Positions 9,593 through 19,461 of a stretch of DNA of 64,000 nt are shown here, piece by piece (positions within the stretch are counted from its first letter, which is position 1; each line of letters opens with the position of its first letter). Made by a program: the position numbers and the translations under genes. The notes below the pieces were generated by a model. The model saw only the letters and a program-made list of their open reading frames with translations, was not told the DNA's origin and made no database searches. Location of the stretch: positions 16,278 through 80,277 of the IMG/VR virus record IMGVR_UViG_3300021185_002646. One strand, written 5' to 3'. Origin of the DNA: a virus.

Positions 9593-9754
9593 TTGGATCA
9601 AGCAACAATAAAATTATACGAACGCAGAATTGATAACTGCGTTCGTACTGCTAATCAAAATCCCAAAGACAGTTGGGCATATAATTTTTGGATGACAACT
9701 GCTGGAACACTTTTACGAAAACTAACAAGGAGTACAAATGCAAAATATAACTAA
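9593..9754 (+). CDS. Small hypothetical protein (53 aa, TTG start), not in ORF track
   Basis: Fills the gap: MDQATIKLYERRIDNC... Confidence 0.55.
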   Translation: MDQATIKLYERRIDNCVRTANQNPKDSWAYNFWMTTAGTLLRKLTRSTNAKYN

Positions 9755-10862
9755 ACTACCAACTCTTTTCAAACGTGATACAACTGGTAAAATCCGTCAA
9801 TGGGAAGTTGAATACGGCGAAGAAAATGGTTCTGCAGGTACAAGAACTATTAGTGGATTAACTGATGGACAAAAAGTCATTAGTGAATGGAATCTAAGTA
9901 CTCCAAAAAATGTTGGTAAAGTAAATGAAACTACAAGTTTAAGTCAAGCACAGGCCGAAGCCCAAGCATTATGGGACAAGCGTTCTGAAAAAGAGTATTT
10001 TGAAAACGTAGGGGACGTTGACTCTTATGAACAATTTAAGCCAATGCTTGCACATGATTATACTAAGCGTCCACAAAGTGAAGGTTGGAGTCAACCTAAA
10101 CTAGATGGAATTCGTTGTGTAGTTGATAGTAGAGGTATGTGGACACGTGCTGGTAAACCTATTACAAGTTGTCCTCATATTTGGGAATCACTAAAAGGTT
10201 ATATGGAACAAAATCCACATCACATTTTAGATGGAGAACTTTACAATCATGAACTAAAAGCAAACTTCAATAAAATTACAAGTTTAGTTCGTAAGTTAAA
10301 AAGCACACCAGAAGATATGGCTGAAGCAAAAACACTAGTTGAATATCATGTTTATGATATGTATGATAAATCAGCACCAGATATGAAGTTTACTAATCGT
10401 GTTAAACAAGCATATTGGACAAATAACGATTATGTAAAAATTGTAAAAACTGATTACTGTGAATCACAAGATCAACTAGATGCATTGTATAGTGAATACA
10501 TGGAACAAGGCTATGAAGGTCAAATGGTGCGTAATGATGCAACATATGACAACAAGCGTAGCAAAAATCTTCTAAAGCGTAAAGAGTTTAAAACTGAAGA
10601 ATATGAAGTTATCCAAGTACTAGAAGGTCAAGGTAATTGGAGTGGATATGCTAAACGTTTTATTTTACGTGACAAAGCAGGTAAAGAATTTGGTAGTGGT
10701 GTTAGAGGGCAACAAGCACAATTAAAAGAATTGTGGAATATGCGTGATACTGCTAAAGGAATGCCAAATTGGGCAACATGTAGATTCTTTGATTTAACAC
10801 CAGATGGAGTTCCACGTTTTCCAGTAATTATTGATTATGGGCATGGAATTAGGCAAGATTAA
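9738..10862 (+). CDS. ATP-dependent DNA ligase
   Basis: Motif I KLDGIR, LDGELY, YHVYD, EGQMVR, LLKRK, OB domain ending PRFP. Confidence 0.93.
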   Translation: MQNITKLPTLFKRDTTGKIRQWEVEYGEENGSAGTRTISGLTDGQKVISEWNLSTPKNVGKVNETTSLSQAQAEAQALWDKRSEKEYFENVGDVDSYEQFKPMLAHDYTKRPQSEGWSQPKLDGIRCVVDSRGMWTRAGKPITSCPHIWESLKGYMEQNPHHILDGELYNHELKANFNKITSLVRKLKSTPEDMAEAKTLVEYHVYDMYDKSAPDMKFTNRVKQAYWTNNDYVKIVKTDYCESQDQLDALYSEYMEQGYEGQMVRNDATYDNKRSKNLLKRKEFKTEEYEVIQVLEGQGNWSGYAKRFILRDKAGKEFGSGVRGQQAQLKELWNMRDTAKGMPNWATCRFFDLTPDGVPRFPVIIDYGHGIRQD

Positions 10863-10876
10863 TTCAAATTAATTTA

Positions 10877-10979
10877 AAAACCCTTGAAATACAAGGGTTT
10901 TTTTATGGCTATAAAGGTTGACAACCAAGACATCTTATCGTATACTATATGTATAGTTAATAAAAAACAGGAGTTAAAA
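10877..10979 (+). repeat. Early-promoter cassette copy 3 with upstream hairpin
   Basis: AAAACCCTTG-AAATA-CAAGGGTTTT; TTGACA-17-TATACT; GTATAGTTAATAAAAAA; AGGAG. Confidence 0.85.
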
Positions 10980-11330
10980 ATGCAAACACAAATAGAAACA
11001 TTAAAAAGTAAAATTAAAGCAGACTACATTAGATGGACTACTAAAGGTGGTACAGAAGAACTGTCAGGTTACTTTAAAGAAACTGTTGATAAGTTTGATG
11101 ATAGTATAACTGTTAAAGCTGGTAAAAAATATACAAAGATCATTAGAGATAATGGTGTTTGGGGTTTTATTGCTAATGATGATTTTGTAACGTCAAATGG
11201 TAAAGCATTTAAGAAAGGCGATATTCTTAAAGCGGCTGGTTGGCAAGCACCTGCACTAAACAGTGCAAGAGGAAACATTTTTGATGATGATTATTCCATT
11301 GCATGGACTGGTCCTCATTACTTAAAATAG
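10980..11330 (+). CDS. Conserved phage early protein (GDILKAAGW.APA.N.ARGNIF)
   Basis: Start at MQTQIE after the cassette SD. Confidence 0.75.
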   Translation: MQTQIETLKSKIKADYIRWTTKGGTEELSGYFKETVDKFDDSITVKAGKKYTKIIRDNGVWGFIANDDFVTSNGKAFKKGDILKAAGWQAPALNSARGNIFDDDYSIAWTGPHYLK

Positions 11331-11339
11331 GAAATAAAA

Positions 11340-11852
11340 ATGGACGTTATTCAAAAAGCAGATTTGTTCGCTAGTGTGGCTCATGCCGCAATTGGACAAA
11401 AACGCAAATACAGTGGAGTGGACTATATAGTTCACCCACGCAGAGTATCTAAAATGGTTGCTGATTACGAAGGCACAAAAGAAATGATAGCGGCCGCATT
11501 GTTGCATGATGTGTTGGAAGATACATATGTAACCAGTGAAATGATTGCCGAAGAGTTTGGTTGGAAGATCCACAAGTTAGTTGTTGAGCTTACTGATGTC
11601 AGCAAGCCAGAAGATGGAAACCGTGCAAAGCGTAAGGCAATTGATGCAGAGCGTTTGAGTCATGCAAGTTACGAAGCACAAATTGTTAAACTTGCAGATC
11701 TCATAGACAACAGTGATGACATTGAAGCAAACGATCCAAGTTTTGCTAAAGTGTTCTTAAAAGAAAAAGCACACCTTATTGAAGTTATGGATAAAGTACA
11801 TTTGCATCCTTTATATCCCATAGCACTTGGTGTAGTCAACGGAGGTAAATAG
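11340..11852 (+). CDS. HD-domain (p)ppGpp hydrolase-like protein (SpoT-HD/Mesh1 family)
   Basis: AHAAIGQKRK, YIVHP, ALLHDVLED, VKLADLIDN. Confidence 0.85.
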   Translation: MDVIQKADLFASVAHAAIGQKRKYSGVDYIVHPRRVSKMVADYEGTKEMIAAALLHDVLEDTYVTSEMIAEEFGWKIHKLVVELTDVSKPEDGNRAKRKAIDAERLSHASYEAQIVKLADLIDNSDDIEANDPSFAKVFLKEKAHLIEVMDKVHLHPLYPIALGVVNGGK

Positions 11853-11856
11853 TAGT

Positions 11857-12072
11857 ATGGTAGGACTAGATTTAATGATTATATTGGGCGTGTTTACAGT
11901 AGCATGTGCATATTTCAGTCAACGAACTGGATATAAACAAGGTGTAAATGAAGGTATGGAATCAACCCTAAAACTTTTGGAAGCAGGTGGTTATATTAAA
12001 GTTGTTGAAGATGAATCAACAGGCCTACAAGAGATACAAAGGGTACCAAATGGAAACAACACCAACACATAA
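11857..12072 (+). CDS. Small membrane-anchored hypothetical protein
   Basis: N-terminal TM helix. Confidence 0.65.
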   Translation: MVGLDLMIILGVFTVACAYFSQRTGYKQGVNEGMESTLKLLEAGGYIKVVEDESTGLQEIQRVPNGNNTNT

Positions 12073-12895
12073 ATTATTCACCTTAGAACAATTACAAGAT
12101 TATCAGCAAGCAGGTAAATGGCCACTTGCTGATTCTACATTGTTGTCTACAAAATATGCAGACCGATGGGAAATGTCTAAGAGACTACATGATACAGTAG
12201 ATTTAGATTTTTTTAAAAAACATAATACTAGGAAAGAAATTGATTCCTGGCATGATGATATTATTCCTAATAAAATTTATTCTAATCTACATTCAGGAAA
12301 TGTTTTTGGATGGGATGAAGATTTTATGGCAGGACCAACTGCATGGGCAAACAATGATATTCATTCAGATGAAGTTGTAATGAGAAGTAAAGTATATTTT
12401 TATCCATGGTCAGAAGAAGAAATTAATTCGTCTGTGCCAGAAGAGTTTAGTTATTTTATAGAAATGCACAAAGATTTTAAACCTGTGCTAGAACATTATT
12501 TGTATGAAAACTATTCAGACCAATCTGAATTATGGGAAGATTTAGTTCTTTACAAATTGATGATTATCAAGTATAATACTCCTAGTGCTACAGAAAAAAA
12601 TCGTACAGAACATAGAAAACATAATTCTATACGATTTGGAGATGAGCATTGCGACGAAACTCTAGCAGGTTTGCACTTAGGTGAAAATTATTCAGAGTTT
12701 TGGGCAAAGAATACTAAAACAAACGAACGAGATATGATTACAGAACTAGCAGATAATAAAATGTTAATTATGCATGGACAACATTCAGAGCAAAGTGGGT
12801 GGATTCCAACATATCATGGAATGCAACATAATCCACAAGAAGACCTCGGAGATAGGTATAGTATAATTATGGATTTACAAGTAAGATATAAATAG
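12050..12895 (+). CDS. Hypothetical protein, likely 2OG-Fe(II) oxygenase fold
   Basis: HCD...H(GM)...RYS pattern. Confidence 0.55.
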   Translation: METTPTHKLFTLEQLQDYQQAGKWPLADSTLLSTKYADRWEMSKRLHDTVDLDFFKKHNTRKEIDSWHDDIIPNKIYSNLHSGNVFGWDEDFMAGPTAWANNDIHSDEVVMRSKVYFYPWSEEEINSSVPEEFSYFIEMHKDFKPVLEHYLYENYSDQSELWEDLVLYKLMIIKYNTPSATEKNRTEHRKHNSIRFGDEHCDETLAGLHLGENYSEFWAKNTKTNERDMITELADNKMLIMHGQHSEQSGWIPTYHGMQHNPQEDLGDRYSIIMDLQVRYK

Positions 12896-12903
12896 GAGAT
12901 AAT

Positions 12904-13491
12904 ATGTTAATACCAACAGTAATTGAGACAACAGGCAGAGGCGAACGTGCATACGACATTTATAGTCGTTTGTTAAAAGATCGTATTGTAATGCTTAACG
13001 GAGAAGTTAACGACCATACAGCAAATTTAGTAGTTGCACAAATGCTATTTTTGGAATCACAAAATAGTGCAGAAGATATTAATTTTTACATTAATAGTCC
13101 AGGCGGTGCAGTAACTTCGGGACTAGGTATATATGATACAATGCAATTTATTAAATCTCCAGTAAGCACAATTGTAATGGGTCAAGCATGTAGTATGGGT
13201 AGTTTCCTTGCTATGGCAGGTGAGCCGGGCAAACGTTTGGTGTTGCCAAATTCACGTACAATGATTCACCAACCTAGTGGTGGTGCAGGCGGACAAGCAA
13301 CTGATATGCAAATTCAAGTTGAAGAGATTCTTAAAATGAAAAAGAACCTAACAGAAATTTATGTCAAACATAATAGTGTAGGTAAAACATATGAAGAATT
13401 GGCATCAGCTATGGAACGTGATAATTTTATGTCAGCACAAGAAGCCGTAGATTTTGGTCTTGCTGATAAAGTTGTTGTTAGAAAAACATAA
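12904..13491 (+). CDS. clpP: ATP-dependent Clp protease proteolytic subunit
   Basis: [35 protein letters not shown]. Confidence 0.97.
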   Translation: MLIPTVIETTGRGERAYDIYSRLLKDRIVMLNGEVNDHTANLVVAQMLFLESQNSAEDINFYINSPGGAVTSGLGIYDTMQFIKSPVSTIVMGQACSMGSFLAMAGEPGKRLVLPNSRTMIHQPSGGAGGQATDMQIQVEEILKMKKNLTEIYVKHNSVGKTYEELASAMERDNFMSAQEAVDFGLADKVVVRKT

Positions 13492-13526
13492 TATATTTGT
13501 AATACTATATTTGTATAAATAATAGT

Positions 13527-14216
13527 ATGAAGATACATGATATATTAGAAGAACAACAAGTACTAGAAGGTCCAAACGATCCTCATATATTTAAAGCAGT
13601 ATTCTTGGCAGGCGGACCAGGTGCTGGTAAAAGCTATGTGGCAGGAAGGTTATTGTCTGGACAAGGATTGAGGCCTTTAAATAGTGATGACGTATACGAG
13701 TATCTTGCTAAAAAACATAATATGGATTTAGGGGACCCTGATGTTGTTGGAAGCGACAAGGGACAAGAAATCCGTAACCGTGCTAAAGAAATTACTAAGA
13801 CACGAGAAGATTTATATCTAGATGGTCGTTTAGGATTAATTATTGATGGCACTGGTAAAGACATTACTAAAGTATCACAAGCTAAAAATCAGTTAAATGA
13901 ATTAGGTTATGATACAATGATGTTATTTGTTAACACAAGTGAAGAGGTAGCTCAAGAGCGTAATCTTCAAAGACCACGAACTATACCAGCAGAAATGGTA
14001 ACAAAGATGTGGCAACGTGTACAACAAAATATAATGAAATTCCAACAAGTCTTTGGAGCCGCAAGGTTTCATGTAGTAGACAACAGTGGTGGACTGGAAG
14101 ATCCAGATCGTAAAGAAAACTTTGATGCTGTTTACAGAGAAGTAAGAAAGTTTTTAGGTGAACCACCTTCCAAAAGAGCCGCTAAAGCCTGGTTAGACAA
14201 GAATACTAAAACATAG
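13527..14216 (+). CDS. Zeta-toxin-like P-loop kinase with capsid-targeting-like N-terminus
   Basis: LAGGPGAGKS, IIDGTG, ERN..R.R; begins MKIHDILEE; TAAATA-5nt-ATG. Confidence 0.75.
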   Translation: MKIHDILEEQQVLEGPNDPHIFKAVFLAGGPGAGKSYVAGRLLSGQGLRPLNSDDVYEYLAKKHNMDLGDPDVVGSDKGQEIRNRAKEITKTREDLYLDGRLGLIIDGTGKDITKVSQAKNQLNELGYDTMMLFVNTSEEVAQERNLQRPRTIPAEMVTKMWQRVQQNIMKFQQVFGAARFHVVDNSGGLEDPDRKENFDAVYREVRKFLGEPPSKRAAKAWLDKNTKT

Positions 14217-14290
14217 TATATAAGTGTCGCCAAAATCAGCATAAATATTAAGCAGTTCAAATATAACTGTTTTATATAAAAAGGAATTTT

Positions 14291-14644
14291 ATGTATACAT
14301 ACAACGCAAAATTAGTAAGAGTCATAAACGGTGATACTTTGGACATTGAGATCGATCTAGGTTTTGATATTATAATCAAACAACGATTAAAACTATTTGG
14401 AATTGATACTCCTGATAGTAGATCAACAAACACAGAAATTAAACAAAAAGGTCTTGATGTAAAGCAACGACTTATGGATTTATTAACAAAAGAATTTAAA
14501 GTAGAAACTATGCTTAACAAACGTGGAAAGTATGGTCGTATACTTGGCAATATATATGTTACTGATAACAAAGGTAACGAGATTTGTATAAACGAATTGT
14601 TAGTCTCAGAAGGACTAGCAGTGCGTTATAACATCGGGAAATAA
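14291..14644 (+). CDS. Thermonuclease family protein (second copy)
   Basis: RVINGDT, LFGIDTP, GKYGRILG. Confidence 0.8.
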   Translation: MYTYNAKLVRVINGDTLDIEIDLGFDIIIKQRLKLFGIDTPDSRSTNTEIKQKGLDVKQRLMDLLTKEFKVETMLNKRGKYGRILGNIYVTDNKGNEICINELLVSEGLAVRYNIGK

Positions 14645-14645
14645 T

Positions 14646-16142
14646 ATGAAGTTATTTGGTATTTGGACAATATTTGTAGCCTTATCTATCAGTGCAGTGG
14701 CGGCCTACTACAGCATTGTTGGACTTGTGGCTATTTTTGCCAGTGCCGTAATACCGATTATTATCATGGGGTCTGTGCTAGAAGTAGGCAAGCTAACATC
14801 AGCTGTTTGGTTGCACATGAACTGGAAATCAGCTCCATTTTTAATTAGAACGTATCTCACTATAGCCGTCATAATGCTTATGTTTATTACAAGCATGGGT
14901 ATCTTTGGATTTTTATCTAAAGCACATATTGAACAAACTAGTGCGGCTAGTGAGAACGTTGCCCAAATTGAACGAATTGAAGAAAACATTGTACGAAATA
15001 AACTAATTATTACAAAATCAGAAGATAAAATTATTAAACTAGAAGAAGTTGATATTTCTTTAGATGATGGAATACAAGAAAAAATACGCATTGAAGAAGA
15101 AAGAATTGCAAATGCATACACAGGTGTGCAACCATCAATTGATGAACAAAATGCAATTATAGAAGCAGAACAAAATGCCAAAGCAAATGCTATAGCACCA
15201 TTTGAAACACAAATTGCAAACATTGATAGAAAAATAGCATTAATGGACGAATACTCAATGAATAATGAAGTTGAGAAAATGCAAGGATTATTAGGTGTTA
15301 GACAAGATGGTATACTTGGATGGAATACTAGAGAAGCATTAAAAAAGTTTAAAGAAGATAATACCAAGGCTAGACAAATGGCACTTTTCCAACTAAATAA
15401 AGTAAGAGAAGAATTTGATAGTTCAGTTATCACTAGTGCTAGAGCTGAGATTAAACGAATTCGAATGTTAGCAGAGCAACAGATTGCCGACTCTAACTCA
15501 TTAGTAACTAGACTTAGATCACAACTTGGTCAAGGTCAACAAGAAGATAATACTGCATTAATTGATGCACAACGTATCTTAATTGAAACATCAGAAAATA
15601 AACTAAATGAATTATACACTACAAAATATGAACTTGAAGGCGAAAGCAGAAAACTAGAAGCAGAAGTTGGACCAGTTAAATATATTGCAGAGTTAGTTTA
15701 TGGACAAGATCCAAGCAGAAATATCTTGGAAGAAACAGTAAGATATGTTATACTAATACTTGTGTTTGTATTTGATCCATTAGCGGTTGTACTTGTTCTT
15801 GCAGGTATATCTGGATTAGGATTACGCAAACCAATAAAGGAAATATATGAACCCAAAAAAGAACCCAAAAAAGATGAAGTTAGTGCAAATACCAAAGATG
15901 TCGCCAGCACTAAGAAAAATGATTTGGGTAATAAAAAGAACAGCAAAACTACCAAAAAACCTGTTGTTCAAAATGAAGTATATGAAGATTACGAAGTAAA
16001 AAACGATGAAGTAATCCATGTTGATTCAAAAGGTAAAGAATATACAATTGATGTACATGGAAATAGAAAATATCTCATTGAACAACTACAATACGACCTC
16101 AACGATAAATCAAAAAAATTACAACAAAAAAAGAAAAATTAA
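14646..16142 (+). CDS. Membrane-anchored coiled-coil protein with a possible peptidoglycan-binding insert
   Basis: Three N-terminal TMs, long coiled coil, GVRQDGILGWNT, C-terminal TM (VFDPLAV). Confidence 0.7.
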   Translation: MKLFGIWTIFVALSISAVAAYYSIVGLVAIFASAVIPIIIMGSVLEVGKLTSAVWLHMNWKSAPFLIRTYLTIAVIMLMFITSMGIFGFLSKAHIEQTSAASENVAQIERIEENIVRNKLIITKSEDKIIKLEEVDISLDDGIQEKIRIEEERIANAYTGVQPSIDEQNAIIEAEQNAKANAIAPFETQIANIDRKIALMDEYSMNNEVEKMQGLLGVRQDGILGWNTREALKKFKEDNTKARQMALFQLNKVREEFDSSVITSARAEIKRIRMLAEQQIADSNSLVTRLRSQLGQGQQEDNTALIDAQRILIETSENKLNELYTTKYELEGESRKLEAEVGPVKYIAELVYGQDPSRNILEETVRYVILILVFVFDPLAVVLVLAGISGLGLRKPIKEIYEPKKEPKKDEVSANTKDVASTKKNDLGNKKNSKTTKKPVVQNEVYEDYEVKNDEVIHVDSKGKEYTIDVHGNRKYLIEQLQYDLNDKSKKLQQKKKN

Positions 16143-16592
16143 ATGAAAATTGATAATAGTAGTTATACAGTAACGCCCCCAGACCTTTATATGACAGAAC
16201 ATGGAATAAGTATTTTTATTTCAAGTACTAATAATGATTTAATTAATCCAGTAAAAGAATTATTTGAAAAGTTTATTGCAACAAGTGTTGTTTTTCTTGT
16301 TCAAAACAATAAAACAAATTCAGAGACATTACCATGGATGTGGAATGTATCTAAAACATGCGACTTTATGGTCATCGATGTTGATACGTGTGCATGGGAA
16401 GATATCATGGCAGGACTTTTAAAGTCAAGAGAAGAAGAAAATACAGTGCTATTTTACAGCGATAAATACAAGCGAAGAGAAACTGTAAAATTAATAAATG
16501 CTACAGGCACTAATCTAGTTGTTAGATCAATAGCTGATATTAACAATTATGTGAAGTTACAAATGAGTCCAGAATATTTTAATGACATCTAG
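16143..16592 (+). CDS. Hypothetical protein
   Basis: 149 aa ORF. Confidence 0.7.
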   Translation: MKIDNSSYTVTPPDLYMTEHGISIFISSTNNDLINPVKELFEKFIATSVVFLVQNNKTNSETLPWMWNVSKTCDFMVIDVDTCAWEDIMAGLLKSREEENTVLFYSDKYKRRETVKLINATGTNLVVRSIADINNYVKLQMSPEYFNDI

Positions 16593-17790
16593 TATCACGA
16601 TATGTAATTTTTGTTCCAAAGACACAACACAAGTAAAGAAACTACTAGCAGGTGAAGGTGGTGTTCATATTTGTATTGATTGTGTTGAGCTTTGTCACGG
16701 CATTGTTACCAAAGAAACAGAACGTTCTATAAAAAAGAATAATATATTTAATGTACCTACTCCTAGAAAAATACACGATAATTTAAATGAACATGTAATT
16801 AGTCAAGAGCGTGCAAAAAAGACTTTAAGTGTAGCAATATATAATCATTATAAAAGAGTTACATCTAAAACAAAAACAAAATTACAAAAGAGCAATGTGT
16901 TATTAGCAGGTCCTACAGGAACAGGTAAAACATTATTAGCTCAAACACTTTCAAACTTTTTAGGTGTGCCTATGGTTATTACTGATGCAACAGTTATTAC
17001 AGAAAGTGGATATGCTGGAGACGATGCAGAAGTATTAATACATAAACTATTTCAAGCGGCAGACTATAATAAAGAAAAAGCAGAGCAAGGTATTATATAT
17101 GTTGATGAAATTGATAAGAAAGCAAAACGTAATGACTATGTAAGTCTTAGCAGAGACGTATCTGGAGAAGGTGTGCAACAGAGCCTTTTAAAGCTCATGG
17201 AAGGTACTACAGTACCGGTTCCGAACAAACCGCAACATAACCCGGAGAAGGTGGATATTGACACCAGTAACATACTATTTGTAGTAGGTGGAGCCTTTGT
17301 TGGCCTACAAGATGTTGTGGTCAATCGCCTTGGTAAAGCAAAGATAGGATTTAACGACGATTTAGACGCCGATGTAGAACAGTGGGAAACACACTTACAA
17401 ACACGTGATTTAGTGAAATATGGACTTATACCCGAATTTGTGGGTAGATTACCGTCTGTAAACGTCTTAAAGCCGTTAAATAAGAACGATCTACTTAGAA
17501 TACTAACAGAACCAAAAGACAGTATAATAGATCAAATAAAAGAGCTTTTTCTACTTGACAAAATACAAATAGAGTTTACAATAACAGCATTGGAAGAAAT
17601 TACAGATATTGCCATAAAAGAAGAATTGGGTGCTAGAGGGTTACGTAAGATTTTAGACGAAAAACTACTTGAAACGCAATATCATTTACCAGAATTGTAT
17701 AAAAAAGGAATAAGAAAAATTATAATAAATGAACAAGTTATTTCTAGAAACGCAAAACCGCAACTCATCAAAGGTGAAGATGCAGAATAG
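16582..17790 (+). CDS. clpX: ClpX ATPase
   Basis: CNFC..ICIDC zinc domain, GPTGTGKT, VDEIDK, RDVSGEGVQQ, IGF loop, GARGLR. Confidence 0.95.
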   Translation: MTSSITICNFCSKDTTQVKKLLAGEGGVHICIDCVELCHGIVTKETERSIKKNNIFNVPTPRKIHDNLNEHVISQERAKKTLSVAIYNHYKRVTSKTKTKLQKSNVLLAGPTGTGKTLLAQTLSNFLGVPMVITDATVITESGYAGDDAEVLIHKLFQAADYNKEKAEQGIIYVDEIDKKAKRNDYVSLSRDVSGEGVQQSLLKLMEGTTVPVPNKPQHNPEKVDIDTSNILFVVGGAFVGLQDVVVNRLGKAKIGFNDDLDADVEQWETHLQTRDLVKYGLIPEFVGRLPSVNVLKPLNKNDLLRILTEPKDSIIDQIKELFLLDKIQIEFTITALEEITDIAIKEELGARGLRKILDEKLLETQYHLPELYKKGIRKIIINEQVISRNAKPQLIKGEDAE

Positions 17791-18328
17791 AAATAAAGGA
17801 TATAAAAAGCGTAATACAGGACCGTTTGTAATCTCAAACGAACGTATAAGAGCAAAAGAAGTTAGAGTAAACTTTCCAGACGGTGAGAGCCAAGTGCTGT
17901 CTTTAAAGGATGCTTTGAATGAAGCAAAGTCGTTATATTTAGATTTAGTGTTGATCGCCGAAAAGGCAGATCCACCGGTATGTAAAATTATCGATCTAAA
18001 TAAACATTTGTATTCATTAAAGCAAAAAGAAAAACTGGCTAAGAAGAAGCAACGCGAAAGTGTTGTAGAGAACAAAGAAATACGTATGGGACTAAATATT
18101 GATTCGCATGATTTAGAAACTAAGGCCAAAGCGGCTCGTAAATTTTTGGATAAAAATAACAAAGTAACAGTTACAGTTGTTTTGAGAGGTAGAGAACGTG
18201 GAAGACGAGACAGTGCAAAGGAATTGCTAAATACTTTTGCTTACTTATTAGAAGTAGAGTACGAACAAATCTCAACACAGAACAATCGTGTATCTGGAAA
18301 AATAGAAGGAAAAAATGGGAAACTATAA
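17780..18328 (+). CDS. infC: Translation initiation factor IF-3
   Basis: NERIRAKEVR, LDLVLIAEKADPPVCKI, KEIR, RGRE. Confidence 0.9.
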   Translation: MQNRNKGYKKRNTGPFVISNERIRAKEVRVNFPDGESQVLSLKDALNEAKSLYLDLVLIAEKADPPVCKIIDLNKHLYSLKQKEKLAKKKQRESVVENKEIRMGLNIDSHDLETKAKAARKFLDKNNKVTVTVVLRGRERGRRDSAKELLNTFAYLLEVEYEQISTQNNRVSGKIEGKNGKL

Positions 18329-18587
18329 CAATAATAGAAATAATAGACGTGACGATAAACAAGGTTTTGGTAATGGACTTTCTGTAGAAGTTAGAAATGG
18401 CAATGTAGAACAAGCCATTAGAAAACTTAAAAAGTTAGTTATGAAAACTGGACTTCTGAACGAAATACGTGAACGTAGATATTTTATCAGTAATACTGAA
18501 AAAAGACTTAAAGCACAGGCGGCAGGCCGAGCTAGAAGACGTAGAGAAATAGCTAAAGATTCTGTAGAGAAGAAAAGACTATATTAA
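18315..18587 (+). CDS. rpsU: 30S ribosomal protein bS21
   Basis: VEVRNGNVEQAIRKLKK...GLLNEIRERRYF. Confidence 0.9.
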   Translation: MGNYNNNRNNRRDDKQGFGNGLSVEVRNGNVEQAIRKLKKLVMKTGLLNEIRERRYFISNTEKRLKAQAAGRARRRREIAKDSVEKKRLY

Positions 18588-18663
18588 TACGTTATAACTG
18601 AATTTGTTCACATATGTGGATAAATAACAATGTATACAACAGGACTGATTCCTACTGTATACA

Positions 18664-18717
18664 TAGAACGCCGAAAGGGTTCTAAATAATCTTGCTTAAT
18701 AAAGGAGAAAAGATATG
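18664..18717 (+). promoter_or_regulatory. ROSE-like RNA thermometer in the hsp20 leader
   Basis: TCTTGCTT can pair with the SD AAGGAGA leaving a bulged G; upstream hairpin TAGAAC.CC-GAAA-GGGTTCTA. Confidence 0.65.
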
Positions 18718-19137
18718 ACTAGATTAACAACACTAAATCTTCCGGATTTTTATAAAACTACAATAGGATTTGATAGTATGTTTGATGAGATGTTGAATAA
18801 CTTCGCAACAAACACAGGCGGTTACCCACCTTACAACATTGTAAAGGAAAGTGACAGTAGCTATACAATTAGCCTAGCAGTAGCTGGTTTCGATAAAGAC
18901 GAAATTAAAATCCAACAAGACGGTAATGCACTTTCAATCAACGCTGAAAAGAAAACAAGCGAAGAAGAGATTGAATATTTACACAAAGGCATTGGAACTA
19001 GAAACTTTACAAAAGAATTTAGTTTAGCTGATTATGTAGAAGTGACATCATCGAAGTTAGATAACGGAATCTTAGTAGTTACATTGGAACAAAATATTCC
19101 AGACGAAAAGAAACCACGTACTATTAACATCGACTAA
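18715..19137 (+). CDS. Small heat-shock protein Hsp20 (IbpA-like)
   Basis: IGFD, YPPYNI, LAVAGF, YLHKGI, LDNGIL. Confidence 0.95.
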   Translation: MTRLTTLNLPDFYKTTIGFDSMFDEMLNNFATNTGGYPPYNIVKESDSSYTISLAVAGFDKDEIKIQQDGNALSINAEKKTSEEEIEYLHKGIGTRNFTKEFSLADYVEVTSSKLDNGILVVTLEQNIPDEKKPRTINID

Positions 19138-19150
19138 TATAAGGTAAAAA

Positions 19151-19453
19151 ATGACTCAAGCATCAACAGGTAGCGTAGCAGATATTGTTAAATTAAAAAC
19201 ACCATCACGATACAATGTAGTATTGTTAAATGATGATTCTACTCCGCAGGAGTTTGTAGTAAATATCTTACAGACGATTTTTAATAGATCGACAGAACAG
19301 GCAAACTCTGTGATGCTTGAGGTACACGAAAAAGGCCGAGGCATAGCAGGCACATACAGTTACGAAGTAGCTGAACAAAAATGTGTAGAAACAATAACTA
19401 ACGCAAGACAAAGTTCTTATCCGTTAGATGTTACAATAGAAAAAGCAGAATAA
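19151..19453 (+). CDS. clpS: ClpS adaptor
   Basis: YNVVLLNDDSTPQEFV, MLEVHEKG, EVAEQK. Confidence 0.93.
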   Translation: MTQASTGSVADIVKLKTPSRYNVVLLNDDSTPQEFVVNILQTIFNRSTEQANSVMLEVHEKGRGIAGTYSYEVAEQKCVETITNARQSSYPLDVTIEKAE

Positions 19454-19461
19454 ACAATTAA

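Noticed and set aside
13527-14216. Zeta toxin-antitoxin system
   Set aside because: No adjacent antitoxin; only a P-loop kinase fold is supported
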